IMG/VR virus record: IMGVR_UViG_3300047469_000103
Coordinates: 1-64,000 of that record
Source of the DNA: a virus
Lineage: Duplodnaviria > Caudoviricetes
Length of the DNA stretch: 64,000 nucleotides
Direction: 5' to 3' (one strand)
Of this stretch, positions 45,334 through 56,299 are shown piece after piece. A program made the position numbers and the translations under genes. The stretch's first letter is position 1; the number at the start of each line of letters is the position of its first letter. The notes under the pieces are model-generated. The model worked only from the letters and a program-made list of their open reading frames with translations. It did not search any database and was not told where the DNA came from.

Positions 45334-48300
45334 GATTGACTTTAGCGAATTGGACGTAGAGTTCATTCGCCAAGAACCTTTGTGGGGCAGTTTCCTTGAT
45401 GCCCTGCAAGAATTCTACACCGATCAAGTGCGGAATCCGTTGCAACAATTGCGAGAAATTCGCGACCTGAAAGCAACGACAAGTCTGGTTTTTATTAAGC
45501 AGGCTTTGAGCGATATGGGCATCACGATTCCGCCTGATATGATCGTGAATCCTGAGCGCCTTTATAATTCCGTTTACATGATCCCATTGCTGCACCGGGT
45601 AACTGGATTGGAAAGCGCTTATCGGGCAATCTCCTACATCCTCGGTCGGCGCGTTCGTGTGTATGATTTGTACACGGAAGATTACGTTTCTTTTTACGAA
45701 GAACCTTATGGCGCTCTGCGGATTGATGGCGGCACGTGGTACAAAGCCACGCACATTAATCTGGAAATGCAAAAGGTCGGTTCCGATTCGAATATCCATT
45801 TGCCTTCAGGCACAACGCTGAAAGATCGTTTTCTTTCGGCGTTTTTTACGTTGGCCCCGATTAACATTGTAATTGACCAGTTCTTTTTCAGCATTGAAGT
45901 TGAGAACCGCGAAGACTTCTGTATTCAGGGCGTTGTTTATCGGCAGCCTGTACGCCGTCTGATTTGCGATGTGGATTACAGTCTGGATACCGCCGTATTT
46001 GCCATTGAAGGGCCGGACGAAGTTGAAAACGGTAGCCTTGCTGATTATCGCCTCATGGCAAATCATCAGGAATTCGTTTCGACCGAATGGTCAAGCAGCG
46101 ATAACGCCCACGTACAAATCAAAGACGGCCACGTTTCTTTTAGCGGCTTTGAGCAGGATTCGCTCGTTACATTGACTGCGGTAATTCGCGGACAAACAGT
46201 TACGAAAAACGTCACTGTTAAAATGGGCATGATCGACGTGCGCATGCTGGAAATCATTGGGCCGGATACCATTCTGTCCACGACTTCCGGTGACTATTAC
46301 GTGGTCGCCTATCACAGTGAAGGCAGCACCGAAATTAATGCGGATATTAAAGTCGTAAGTCCGTATGCGTATTTCAGCGGCAATACTCTGCACGGGCGCA
46401 ATCTGCTGGGCGATCAAACCGTGGGCATTACCGTTTCGATTAAAATCGGCGGGATTAAATACAGCGCATCGAAATTGGTGAAGCTGAAATACGTTGATCC
46501 AAACGTTTATTTGGTCGGCCTGAATATCAGCGGTGAAGATCGTTTGAAGGAAGGCAGCGCACACCAGTTTTATTCCACTGCTTTCTTTTCCGATGGCAGC
46601 AGCACCGATGTTTTGTCGTTGTGGGATGCCACTTCGCCAGCCGTAGTGATCGACAATGGTTTGGCTTCGACCACATTGGTTAACGGCGAAACAGCAGTGC
46701 AATTAAGTGCGCAATATGGTTTCCGAAATCAGGTAATCACCGCTGTGCATGATGTGGTTGTTTATCCGGCATTCCTTACGCTGGCATCATTGACAATCAT
46801 GGGGCCGACACAAGTTGAAGAACTGGTAAAAGCCACATATTCCTGTCTCGCTGTAATGTCCGATGGCTCTTCCACAATCGTGACGCCTAAATGGTTCACG
46901 ACTGAATTCAGCATTTCTGAAAACGGTGTGTTGGATACCGGCATTGTGAAAGATATGCTGGACGTGGAAATTCGTGCGACCTATAACGGCATTACGCAAA
47001 AGCTGAATATTACCGTTGCGCGTCCGGCTGTTGCATTGCAATCGCTGTTGGTACAGGGCCAAGGCAGTATCCGCGAAGGTTCCATTAATTCGTACATGGC
47101 CTATGCGCAATATTCAAACGGAAATGTTCTGCCAATTAAACCTGAATGGAGTCTCGCGCAGGAATACGACTGGGCGACATTCGTTGATGGGGAATTGTTG
47201 GTTGAATCGCCACAAGAAAGCACCGTTGCAGTTAAAGCGACCTACGCATTAAACGGCGCCACTTATGTGCAGACAAAAACCGTTGTTTGTATTTCCGCTT
47301 CGAATAACATCACTGGCCTGCTGATTACCGGGGCCAATGAAGTCGATGCTTTGGAACGGATTATTTTGACTGCAACCGCGACCTATGAAGACGGTAGTTT
47401 CCAAACCGTGCATCCGCAGTGGGAAGTTTATACAGAAGACAGTAATGCGACTTTTGTTGCTGCTGACATTGCAGGTTATGGCGTTGTTACCGGGCGAAAT
47501 GTTGACGAAGACATGCGGGTAATTGTGCGCGCTACCTACTTTCAGGAAACCGCCGAATATCCAATCACTGTGCGTTACGTTGCGCAGAAAGGCCCGGACG
47601 TTCCCGTTAGTTCGCGCATCATTGGTAATCCGGTTATTTATTCCACGCAAGTTGCATCCTTTGCCCAAGCAATTCTTTTCAAACAATGCACGTCTGAATT
47701 GCTGGTGTCTTCTGATTGGACTGTCGATAACCCGAATATTGTTGTCGATGAAAACGGCTTTGTTACCTGCAAACTGAATGCCGATATGACATTCACAATC
47801 TCGGCCACGTGGTCGTGCGGCGGTTACACGGTTGTTGATTCATTAGTGGTTACGGTTATTCCTGTTGATGCGCTTTATATCGGCCTTGGAATTACCGGTA
47901 ATGACGTAATTTCCATCGGCGTTAAAGAAGCATACGCAGCGGAAGCCTACACCGATGAAACTGGAATCATTGTTGGTAAAGGCGTCCCGGTAAACGCTGA
48001 ATGGACTGTGCTTTCTGATAGTCTGAATATTCAGGTATTTCCATCTGGGCAATTGCGTTTAACCGGCGCCGTGGTTAATCAAACAATCACCCTTGCTGCG
48101 CGATACGCTTTCGAAAACACCGCAGTAGAAGGCACGACAACAATTCGTGTACTTGGCAGCGGCCCGATTTACTGCACCGGCAATGCACTCGACGTAAACA
48201 TTTCCACGCTGTTTTCCAAAGGCATTATGATTATTGAGGAAGCATTCCGCGATGATTTTACCGGATATGGATTCATGCTTGTGCCTACTGTGTTTGGTAC

Positions 48301-48475
48301 TGTGCATTTCTTCGATGTAGAAACCGGCGTTGAAGGTGGATGGGTTGGCGTTGATGGTTCTCCGACTCCAACAATTCACAAAGAAATGCAAGGCGGTATC
48401 GAAGTAAGCTGGTACGTCTACCGAACTATCGGCCATGATATGGGGCAAAAATCCTACAGGATTACTTATTCATGA
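45326..48475 (+). CDS. Baseplate wedge (gp7-like) protein with Ig-like repeat array
   Basis: N-terminal wedge-type region followed by about 8 repeats starting I-x-G-[P/A/N/E]; start re-assigned to ATG 45326. Confidence 0.75.
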   Translation: MNKIDFSELDVEFIRQEPLWGSFLDALQEFYTDQVRNPLQQLREIRDLKATTSLVFIKQALSDMGITIPPDMIVNPERLYNSVYMIPLLHRVTGLESAYRAISYILGRRVRVYDLYTEDYVSFYEEPYGALRIDGGTWYKATHINLEMQKVGSDSNIHLPSGTTLKDRFLSAFFTLAPINIVIDQFFFSIEVENREDFCIQGVVYRQPVRRLICDVDYSLDTAVFAIEGPDEVENGSLADYRLMANHQEFVSTEWSSSDNAHVQIKDGHVSFSGFEQDSLVTLTAVIRGQTVTKNVTVKMGMIDVRMLEIIGPDTILSTTSGDYYVVAYHSEGSTEINADIKVVSPYAYFSGNTLHGRNLLGDQTVGITVSIKIGGIKYSASKLVKLKYVDPNVYLVGLNISGEDRLKEGSAHQFYSTAFFSDGSSTDVLSLWDATSPAVVIDNGLASTTLVNGETAVQLSAQYGFRNQVITAVHDVVVYPAFLTLASLTIMGPTQVEELVKATYSCLAVMSDGSSTIVTPKWFTTEFSISENGVLDTGIVKDMLDVEIRATYNGITQKLNITVARPAVALQSLLVQGQGSIREGSINSYMAYAQYSNGNVLPIKPEWSLAQEYDWATFVDGELLVESPQESTVAVKATYALNGATYVQTKTVVCISASNNITGLLITGANEVDALERIILTATATYEDGSFQTVHPQWEVYTEDSNATFVAADIAGYGVVTGRNVDEDMRVIVRATYFQETAEYPITVRYVAQKGPDVPVSSRIIGNPVIYSTQVASFAQAILFKQCTSELLVSSDWTVDNPNIVVDENGFVTCKLNADMTFTISATWSCGGYTVVDSLVVTVIPVDALYIGLGITGNDVISIGVKEAYAAEAYTDETGIIVGKGVPVNAEWTVLSDSLNIQVFPSGQLRLTGAVVNQTITLAARYAFENTAVEGTTTIRVLGSGPIYCTGNALDVNISTLFSKGIMIIEEAFRDDFTGYGFMLVPTVFGTVHFFDVETGVEGGWVGVDGSPTPTIHKEMQGGIEVSWYVYRTIGHDMGQKSYRITYS

Positions 48476-49983
48476 TTGCAATCACACCAAATCTACGGTT
48501 CGTAAAACCGCTGACTAAATATACGGAAAAACGCATTCGTATGTTCGGGCGCCAGCGGTTCGCGGACACGTATACAAAAAGCGGATCGAATCAAAAGGTT
48601 ATTGTTCTGCCGTGGATTCCCGACAGCGCAGATAACCTAGAGATTTATCTGGATAGCGTGCGGCTGATCGACAATTATTCGGTCAGTGGTGCAACCGTTA
48701 CATTGAACACCGCAATGAATGGGCGACTGGAATTCATTTCCGATAAAGTCTTCCCTGATATGGCCGAGAAATGGTTGGAATTGCCGATTAATAATCTGCT
48801 GCATTCCGACGATACGGCAAACACTGCATACGGTACGGATCGACGCGAAGGCCCGCAAGTTGCCACGCACGCCAAACCGCTTTGCATTACTCAAGGGGCG
48901 ATTGGTTTCTGTCGTCCCGGCCCTGACAATGACACGCTGCTTTATTGTTCGTATTACGGAATGTTCGGGCGCGATTCTGTGACGTTTGCAATTAAAACGG
49001 ACATGGGACAACTCAGCGATTATCGTTGCATTGACATTCGTGTTCGTGACCCGAATTACATTCCCGAGATTCGTTTGTGTGCAGTGTCTGCTGTAGCCAA
49101 ACCGATTAAAGCGAATAACGCGGTTGTCGATATCGTTCCGAATGGCAATTACCAGATTTACGGGGCGATTAGTACCGGCCAAGGAATCCAATTACCGAAC
49201 AAACTCACTGACGATGAATTGACTGAATATCATTTCATTGTGCAGGGTAAAGATGAAAACGGTGATTGGTTTGAATTGACCGAATACTTTGACCCGGATG
49301 AATACACGCTAACGGTGCCGACGAATAACGAGGATTTCGCAATCAGTTATGTGGGTACATCGGAACTGTTTGGATTCGATAATGCGGTTCGCATTTCGCT
49401 GACTGCCAAAAAGAATACACAAACACCGTTGACCATTAAACTGCGTGCGAATAATCGCGATTTGTTTACCTGCAATATATTCAGTTCGGGCGTGCATGAT
49501 ACCCAAGACCTTGTGCGTTCGGTTGTGCCGGGTTACACAATGGTATTGAATCGCAATCCTGACGGTCTGACATTCCCACCTGATCCAGATAACAATCCAG
49601 AAATTGATGATGATTTCAGCCTCTGGCAATTGCGGGGTGAATGGATTTCCGGTTCGGGCGTAGAACTTACGACTGAATACACGACGCCGTATTTCGAAAC
49701 CCGAAATGTCCAAGCGGTAATCAACGCAGCGGTTTCCGTTCCGTTTGCTTTGTATGATCCAATAACGCAACTCTTTCAGGAAACTGAATGGGATGTTTCG
49801 ATCAATATTAATGGCAGCTTTAAAACCGTTGAAGGCGGCGAAAGCGTAGTGACAGTTGATCCTGATTCGGAAATTCAATTGACTGCACCGGGCTTCTTCT
49901 GGTCGTCGCCTAGCGAATATTCTCCGATGTATAAAGGTGATGGAACTATGTTCTATTATCGTAATCATTGGCGTATTTTGTAA
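48472..49983 (+). CDS. Virion structural (baseplate/tail) protein
   Basis: 503 aa beta-rich ORF in baseplate operon. Confidence 0.65.
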   Translation: MIAITPNLRFVKPLTKYTEKRIRMFGRQRFADTYTKSGSNQKVIVLPWIPDSADNLEIYLDSVRLIDNYSVSGATVTLNTAMNGRLEFISDKVFPDMAEKWLELPINNLLHSDDTANTAYGTDRREGPQVATHAKPLCITQGAIGFCRPGPDNDTLLYCSYYGMFGRDSVTFAIKTDMGQLSDYRCIDIRVRDPNYIPEIRLCAVSAVAKPIKANNAVVDIVPNGNYQIYGAISTGQGIQLPNKLTDDELTEYHFIVQGKDENGDWFELTEYFDPDEYTLTVPTNNEDFAISYVGTSELFGFDNAVRISLTAKKNTQTPLTIKLRANNRDLFTCNIFSSGVHDTQDLVRSVVPGYTMVLNRNPDGLTFPPDPDNNPEIDDDFSLWQLRGEWISGSGVELTTEYTTPYFETRNVQAVINAAVSVPFALYDPITQLFQETEWDVSININGSFKTVEGGESVVTVDPDSEIQLTAPGFFWSSPSEYSPMYKGDGTMFYYRNHWRIL

Positions 49984-49997
49984 TTTAACGGTAATGA
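49981..49997 (+). promoter_or_regulatory. Motif A variant TAATTTAACGGTAATGA
   Basis: Overlaps upstream stop; precedes the 50043/50283 genes. Confidence 0.45.
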
Positions 49998-50042
49998 CAA
50001 CGGCATCTGCAAAGGTGCCGCTTTACTATTTGAGAGGGAATC

Positions 50043-50270
50043 ATGCGCGAAATCGTCAATCCATTCAATGTGAAAGAAAAAGCAAAGCCGGAATTGGCGA
50101 CCGCATCCGCTGAAAAGTCGGAACAGGAAATTGCTACGGCTTCGGCTCTTTCAAACGTCAATCCTTCCATGTGTCCGAAATGCGGTGGCAAGATGGGTAC
50201 TGCATTTCTCTACAATCGCAAGCCGGTTTATTACTGCGATGTAGATCGTGTGACGCACCCGCAGGCATAA
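50043..50270 (+). CDS. Small zinc-ribbon protein with ATAS repeats
   Basis: CPKCGG...YYCDVDRVTH; ELATASA and EIATASA; GAGG RBS. Confidence 0.7.
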   Translation: MREIVNPFNVKEKAKPELATASAEKSEQEIATASALSNVNPSMCPKCGGKMGTAFLYNRKPVYYCDVDRVTHPQA

Positions 50271-50282
50271 GGGAAATAAAAA

Positions 50283-52583
50283 ATGGTTGATAAACTGGTA
50301 TTACTCGACGCCGGGGAATCTGCACTCAATAATGCGAGTGCTGGCGGTATCCTGATTAATCCGGCATCTTTTAAAATGGGCGACTCGGCACTGTATGCTT
50401 CCAGCACGCAGCACACCGATATCGTGGGCAATTTTGTTTGCGGCGGCGAATTTCATCACGTAGAAACTTTGAGCGCTCGTGTTGCTCGGTTTGTGCTGAC
50501 GATTGATACCCGTTTGCTAACCGTTCCAACAGTTGCGAAAGAAGTAGTTGTTTTCTTCGAAGGTGGCGTGGCTTTTGGTCGTGCTGTATTCGCAGAACCG
50601 TTTATTTTGAACCCGGATGAACCTACCCGTTTGAGCGTTGTTCTCGCGACCTCGCGTGCGGATTTGTCCACGATTAATGTGACCGTCGGGGAATACGATA
50701 CAATTCCTTCGACTGCATTTCTGTACCGTTTGCCGAATCCGGCTAACTCGGAATTCAATGCTGTTTCTGTTCTGAATGGCAAACGAAATCCAGATGGCAC
50801 AAATAGCCCTGTACTCGCCATGCGATACGGGGCTGGTTCGTTTTCATGGGGCTTCAGCGACCACATGCGCGTCTTTTCTGGCGTACCTGTGTCGGCTACA
50901 AGCACCTCTTTTAAAATCAGTTCTTCTGTTGTTTTTGCAGCGGACGAACAGGTAATTGTTCACGTAATTGCTGGCAGCGGCGAAGGTAAAACCCGGCGTT
51001 ATCGCTGGAACGCTGGCGCTCAGGAATTCCGCGATGTTGATTCGCAAGCAATTCCAAATCTGGCAGCTTGCACAATTGCTATTTGGAAAATGCAAACCGG
51101 TGCAAGCGGCGGTAATGGATCGAACGGTATTCCCGGCACCGATGGCATTCCCGGCGATTGGGTTTTAACTCCCGGTAATGATGGCACTGGTGTTTGGCAA
51201 CCGCCGAAACCTGCAAGCCGGATTATTTCCACTTTGTATACGTCGCCGTCGAAGCTGGATATCAACGCGATTAACTACATGGGAACCGGCGACGAAGCAC
51301 GTTATTCGACTGGTGAATTAGTCGCTGAAAACGCGAACTATATTTACCCGGCTCTCGGTCTGGCAACTCAGCACCGTTCGGCTTTCCAGTTGAATGCTTC
51401 GGAAATTGAATTCGCTGAAAACATTCCGTCGAGTGTTGGTATTGACCTACGGGTTTTCACGAAGTCGCCTAGCACCGGTACACGCGTTAAAGTAATCACG
51501 CTGGAATTTGATGCGGACGGCGAAACGGTTGAATACGATTTGGGTACGGATGTTGAAAGCGCATCGCATGTATTTGCGTTTGTTTCTTCTACCCTGCAAC
51601 CGATCACAACCTACAGCATCGACGTAGTGACGAAAAAGCTGCGATTTATTGGCCCGGTTGAAGCTGGTCTGCCGATTGAATTGCGCCTGATTACTTACGT
51701 TTCGGAAACCGCATACAGCACGCGCATTGTTACCAAAACTTATACCACTAGCGGCGACACTTTCTTCCTGAAATTGCCGGTCGCGCCTCAAGCAATTGAG
51801 CAGGTATTTGTTTCGCAGTCTGGTGCGCACGTTCACCAGAAAAACTATTCGATGATCGAAGACGCTTTGGTATTCACTTCCTCGCTGGAAGAGGAAATCG
51901 AAGTCGAAGTAATGATCTTTGAAAACGTACAATCGCAAGGTAGTGAACAAACCGGATTAAATGGTTTGGTTGTTGACGGTTATGTCACTCACAAAAACCT
52001 TGTGCTGCTGCGTCACGGTGCAAACCCGGTTGAATTGCCAATCCCTGCCCCGCGCATTTCCGTAGGTACTGGTTTGTCGATTGATACCAGTTCGGGTATT
52101 GCTGCAATTTCGATTGACGAAGACGCTTTCCCGTTGCAGAAAACATTCCAGAAATGGAGTATTGACCAGACACAACCGAAAAGCTCAAACATGCTGATTA
52201 CTCAGCGCGTGGATTTGACGAAGCCTGCATTCTATCTGGTGACAGTGGATTTCAGCGCCAAACTCGGCCCCGGTTACGTGAGCTTGGAAGGTCAGGAAAA
52301 TATCGAATATGTTGTTGGTATTCGAAGCAGCCAATCTACCGAACCGGATTTCGGTCGGGCAATTCGCGGCACTGGTACAGCGGGCGTTATTTCCAATCCT
52401 CAAGCAATTGGCGGCATGGCTTACGCAAACGCCAGCATGACGCAAACGTTTGAACTTGATCCGGCGAACCACGTATCCGGGTATGTGGAATTGGTTGCAA
52501 AAATGCGTGTGAACAATGCCAACACTTCGCAGTTTGAAGTGACACTGAATATCAACTTTAACGCAGTTGAAATTCCAAAATGA
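50283..52583 (+). CDS. Tail fibre attachment / baseplate structural protein
   Basis: N-terminal LLDAGESAL..A...G...FKMGD typical of fibre attachment domains; repeated beta modules. Confidence 0.7.
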   Translation: MVDKLVLLDAGESALNNASAGGILINPASFKMGDSALYASSTQHTDIVGNFVCGGEFHHVETLSARVARFVLTIDTRLLTVPTVAKEVVVFFEGGVAFGRAVFAEPFILNPDEPTRLSVVLATSRADLSTINVTVGEYDTIPSTAFLYRLPNPANSEFNAVSVLNGKRNPDGTNSPVLAMRYGAGSFSWGFSDHMRVFSGVPVSATSTSFKISSSVVFAADEQVIVHVIAGSGEGKTRRYRWNAGAQEFRDVDSQAIPNLAACTIAIWKMQTGASGGNGSNGIPGTDGIPGDWVLTPGNDGTGVWQPPKPASRIISTLYTSPSKLDINAINYMGTGDEARYSTGELVAENANYIYPALGLATQHRSAFQLNASEIEFAENIPSSVGIDLRVFTKSPSTGTRVKVITLEFDADGETVEYDLGTDVESASHVFAFVSSTLQPITTYSIDVVTKKLRFIGPVEAGLPIELRLITYVSETAYSTRIVTKTYTTSGDTFFLKLPVAPQAIEQVFVSQSGAHVHQKNYSMIEDALVFTSSLEEEIEVEVMIFENVQSQGSEQTGLNGLVVDGYVTHKNLVLLRHGANPVELPIPAPRISVGTGLSIDTSSGIAAISIDEDAFPLQKTFQKWSIDQTQPKSSNMLITQRVDLTKPAFYLVTVDFSAKLGPGYVSLEGQENIEYVVGIRSSQSTEPDFGRAIRGTGTAGVISNPQAIGGMAYANASMTQTFELDPANHVSGYVELVAKMRVNNANTSQFEVTLNINFNAVEIPK

Positions 52584-53002
52584 GTTTTTGGTATGTGGAT
52601 GGTGTGGGACTGCGTGAGGGTGAGCGATGCGACAATGCTTATCCAATTACCGCCACACAATATTCCTACTGGAAAGAGCATTGCGAGTTGTTGAATATCA
52701 AGGTGGTAGACGGAAACGTTATTGCCACCATTGATATCGTGGCTTATCGGCGTATGGCGCTTTCACGAATTGAAAACGTGAATTATATCGTTGTCGAAAA
52801 CAAGAAATACTTCGACGACGAACTGCCTTACATTAGCCCGAATTACTTTCTGCGATCCGGTGGCACGTGTACGCTCACACAAGAACGTATGATTAAACTG
52901 GTCACAGAAAGAAATCGACAATTCACGCTCCGAAGAAGTGGAATCCAAACTGCAAAAACACCCGAAGAGATTGATGGGTATCTGATATGTCCAACGACCT
53001 GA
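52580..53002 (+). CDS. Possible tail fibre assembly protein
   Basis: Small ORF after fibre gene ending IQTAKTPEEIDG. Confidence 0.5.
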   Translation: MSFWYVDGVGLREGERCDNAYPITATQYSYWKEHCELLNIKVVDGNVIATIDIVAYRRMALSRIENVNYIVVENKKYFDDELPYISPNYFLRSGGTCTLTQERMIKLVTERNRQFTLRRSGIQTAKTPEEIDGYLICPTT

Positions 53003-53784
53003 CGATTGCGGTGCTAGACAACAAATCAGTATCGGTGCCAATTGGCGTAACCGTACTGACGAACAGAAAAAGAAATAACTCGTTAAAAGTGCAAAATGTA
53101 ATGACCGGTGTGGCTGTCGAAGCACCCGGCATTGGCCTGATTGAAGCGCCCGGTTACGATGGTGAACAGGCGTACCGAAACAACAGCGACGAAGTTTATT
53201 TCGATACTCCAATTGATCGAAAATCGTTGCAGATTGCCGAAGTGAGTTTTGACGATAAAAAAGGCATTCTCACATTCATTCGTAAAAACGGGCAAATGGT
53301 TTCCAGCACTTCTTTTCTGCGCCAAATTGATTTTGGTGTCGGCCCTCCCGGCCCGCGTGGCGATCCCGGTAAACATGGGAGAACTGGTGAAGCCGGAAAA
53401 GATGGAAAAGATGGGGAAACAGGTTGTGCAGGCCCGAACGGAAATGATGGGCGAAATGGCCCGGTAGGCGATCAAGGTTTAGAAGGTGACGTAGGCGCAG
53501 ACGGATACGTTGGCCCATTAGGCCCGACTGGCCCGCGTGGCGACCGTGGCCCTACAGGCGTTCCCGGTTTCGAAGGTAAGCGCGGATTGTGTGGTTTTTC
53601 TTGCCCCACAACTTCACGCGGCCCATGCGGCCCTGTCGGAAACACAATGAATAAAAACGTTGCGACCGGTGATTATCCAACCAACCTTGATTTGATTTGG
53701 GCGGGCGCAGAAGATTGTGTATGTCCTATTTATCCGAACGCATTTACGAACACTCCGGTTCCGAATCCGGTCACGTACAGCTAA
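52987..53784 (+). CDS. Collagen-like fibre protein 1
   Basis: Continuous Gly-X-Y run from GVGPPGPRG to GKRGLCG. Confidence 0.85.
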   Translation: MSNDLTIAVLDNKSVSVPIGVTVLTNRKRNNSLKVQNVMTGVAVEAPGIGLIEAPGYDGEQAYRNNSDEVYFDTPIDRKSLQIAEVSFDDKKGILTFIRKNGQMVSSTSFLRQIDFGVGPPGPRGDPGKHGRTGEAGKDGKDGETGCAGPNGNDGRNGPVGDQGLEGDVGADGYVGPLGPTGPRGDRGPTGVPGFEGKRGLCGFSCPTTSRGPCGPVGNTMNKNVATGDYPTNLDLIWAGAEDCVCPIYPNAFTNTPVPNPVTYS

Positions 53785-53792
53785 GGTGATTT

Positions 53793-56291
53793 ATGAAAGA
53801 TTGCAGTACGTTACCGATTATTGCGGGGCCAAATGTCGAACCATCGAAAATCGTTGCGCAGTGTGGTAAGTGGATTACGCTGTGCGGTAAAGGTCGGCAT
53901 AAAATTTCGTATTTCCTCGGTACGATTCAAGGCCCGGTGACAATCTGGTTTATGCGGGAAAGTCTTGAGGACGAAATCTACATCCACCAATTCGACGAAG
54001 TAATTGCAGCCGCTCCGTTGAAAGTAAAAAGCGGTTCGTTTTCTTTTGATTTCGCACCGTATGATCTTAAACCGGGAAATGACGAAATTGTTCTTTATCA
54101 CGAAGGCAATACCGTTGGCTCCCGCGTGCATATTCGTTTGGACTGTATCGAAGACCCGTGCTTGCCTGCAACTGTTGTGCAGCCGGGGCTTACCGAAACG
54201 TCGATTCTTTGCGGCAAGTATTGGCACCAATCCGGCTACGTGAAAAAGAACACAATTGTGCTAGGTGATAAACCCGGCACCGTTACCTGTCAATGGAGTG
54301 TGGTCGGCACTGCGCAGGTTATTTTTTATCAGGATAAAACCGTACTGCAAACGATCACTTCTGATCGCGAAGGTGTGTTTACTTTTGAGTACGATCCTGA
54401 GTTGGGCGAAGTCTACGCAAAGACACAGGGAACCGGCGCAGTGGATTACATTTTCACTTGCCCGTATAAAGATATCCCGGTTGAAATTCCAACGTATGAA
54501 TTCGTGTGCGGTGCGACAACCGATTACACGTTTAATGCTCCACAATTAACCGAATTGAAATTGCCGGTAGTGATTGGCACCATCGACATTACCTGCACAA
54601 TTGTGGCGACTGCAAACATTGTGTTCATGCAAAACCAAGTGCCGTTTTATGTTTTGAGCGGTCACGATGGCACAGTGAATTTCTCCTACGATTACAACCC
54701 GGATAAAGGCAAAGTAACCATCGACGCGACTGGCTATGGTCAAGTTTCGTTGCGTGCAAAATGCCCATATGTTGCACCCGATCCAATCCCGATTGATATC
54801 GACGCGGAATGTGGTTTGACCGTAGAGACTTACGCCGGTTACAGCAATATCACAATGGACATGAACGGAATTAGCGGGGATACAATTCTCGACTTTATTC
54901 TGACTGGCACCACGATCAAAATCATTCATGGACAGGAAGAAATCATTACGGATTCCGGTTCGTACACGATGGTCTATGACAAAACCGTTCCCCTGATTAT
55001 TCAGGCACGCGGTAATGATTTCCAAATGCGGGTTTCGTGTCCAATTCGTAAACCAGTTACAGGCACAATTGATTGCGGCGTAATTCGCAGCTTTGATTCA
55101 CTGTCGAATATCACTGTGCGTTACGGATCGACTGCCGGGAATAGCACCATCACAACTTCGCAAGACGTGAGCGTTTATCGCGACAACGTTTTGATGGGTT
55201 TTGGTCGGAATGTCACATTCTTTTATCCGGGCACTGGCGTTGTTTTGGTTAAGTGCGATGTGCTGGATGAATACCTGACAATTGACGCAACATGCCCAGC
55301 GGCAAAATCAATTGCGTGCGGCAATACACTGCAAAACTTTAATGCGGGCGATATCGTCACTGTGAACTTCGCAACCCCGTTAATTCGTGGGCATGTGAAT
55401 GTGCATATCGAAATCACAGGCAACGTGAATGCGGTTTTCCGTCTAGGTAATACCGACGTGCATACGTCAACAATTACCGAAACGTTTAACCAAATCATGA
55501 ACACTTCCGCAGGGCTGAAAATCGTTACGACAGGAAGCGGCCAGTTTAGAGTTTACGTGGAATGTGCGGTGCCGATTTACATTGTCAGCGTTGTTCCAAT
55601 GACGCAGAAAGTGAATTGCGCGCCCGGTGAAACAGCAAATGGAATTCCCGGTGGAAATACTTTCGTGACTGCATCGTGGACAATTACCACGTGGTCGGAT
55701 GGCAACGTAGTTACTTCCACAAAAACATACGATGGAGTGTGCAAATTGCCGACTGACGCACCTATTCAGCCTGCCCGTTGGGGCGTTGCAATGTTTGCAA
55801 ACCGTTTGTTTACAGGCGGGCCAATTGCATCGGAAATAACCAGTGAAGAAGCAATGTATGGCGTGCAAGCAAATACGTCGCCAAGCGGGCGCCCATATAC
55901 ACATTGGGCAAACGTGCAGGACTTCTGCGACAAAGTAATGACGCACACATTTACGCCGACCAGCATTGATGATTCGGGGCAATTCGAACCGACAATTGCA
56001 GTGGATGATTTCGTTTATTTGATGTGGGATAAACGCGCTGGCGCTGAAACATATATCGTCAATATGGGTAACAGCTTCAACGTTACTTTCGACGGTGCTT
56101 TGTGGCGAAATGATTTGCTCGGAAACTATGAAGGTCTGCCGGGTTATGACGCAAACTTGCCTATTTATCTGACTGTGCAGTATGACAACGGCACCGGTCT
56201 GCGTGACTGGGTTATCGTGCGGCAAGAAACCACAACGCTTGCTGAAGTCAGTCCGCGTAAAGATAAATACTCTGTTAAATATTTGGTATGA
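53793..56291 (+). CDS. Cys-rich repeat fibre/whisker protein
   Basis: About 6 beta modules beginning xxCG and ending in C-P/C-I. Confidence 0.7.
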   Translation: MKDCSTLPIIAGPNVEPSKIVAQCGKWITLCGKGRHKISYFLGTIQGPVTIWFMRESLEDEIYIHQFDEVIAAAPLKVKSGSFSFDFAPYDLKPGNDEIVLYHEGNTVGSRVHIRLDCIEDPCLPATVVQPGLTETSILCGKYWHQSGYVKKNTIVLGDKPGTVTCQWSVVGTAQVIFYQDKTVLQTITSDREGVFTFEYDPELGEVYAKTQGTGAVDYIFTCPYKDIPVEIPTYEFVCGATTDYTFNAPQLTELKLPVVIGTIDITCTIVATANIVFMQNQVPFYVLSGHDGTVNFSYDYNPDKGKVTIDATGYGQVSLRAKCPYVAPDPIPIDIDAECGLTVETYAGYSNITMDMNGISGDTILDFILTGTTIKIIHGQEEIITDSGSYTMVYDKTVPLIIQARGNDFQMRVSCPIRKPVTGTIDCGVIRSFDSLSNITVRYGSTAGNSTITTSQDVSVYRDNVLMGFGRNVTFFYPGTGVVLVKCDVLDEYLTIDATCPAAKSIACGNTLQNFNAGDIVTVNFATPLIRGHVNVHIEITGNVNAVFRLGNTDVHTSTITETFNQIMNTSAGLKIVTTGSGQFRVYVECAVPIYIVSVVPMTQKVNCAPGETANGIPGGNTFVTASWTITTWSDGNVVTSTKTYDGVCKLPTDAPIQPARWGVAMFANRLFTGGPIASEITSEEAMYGVQANTSPSGRPYTHWANVQDFCDKVMTHTFTPTSIDDSGQFEPTIAVDDFVYLMWDKRAGAETYIVNMGNSFNVTFDGALWRNDLLGNYEGLPGYDANLPIYLTVQYDNGTGLRDWVIVRQETTTLAEVSPRKDKYSVKYLV

Positions 56292-56299
56292 GGTGATGT

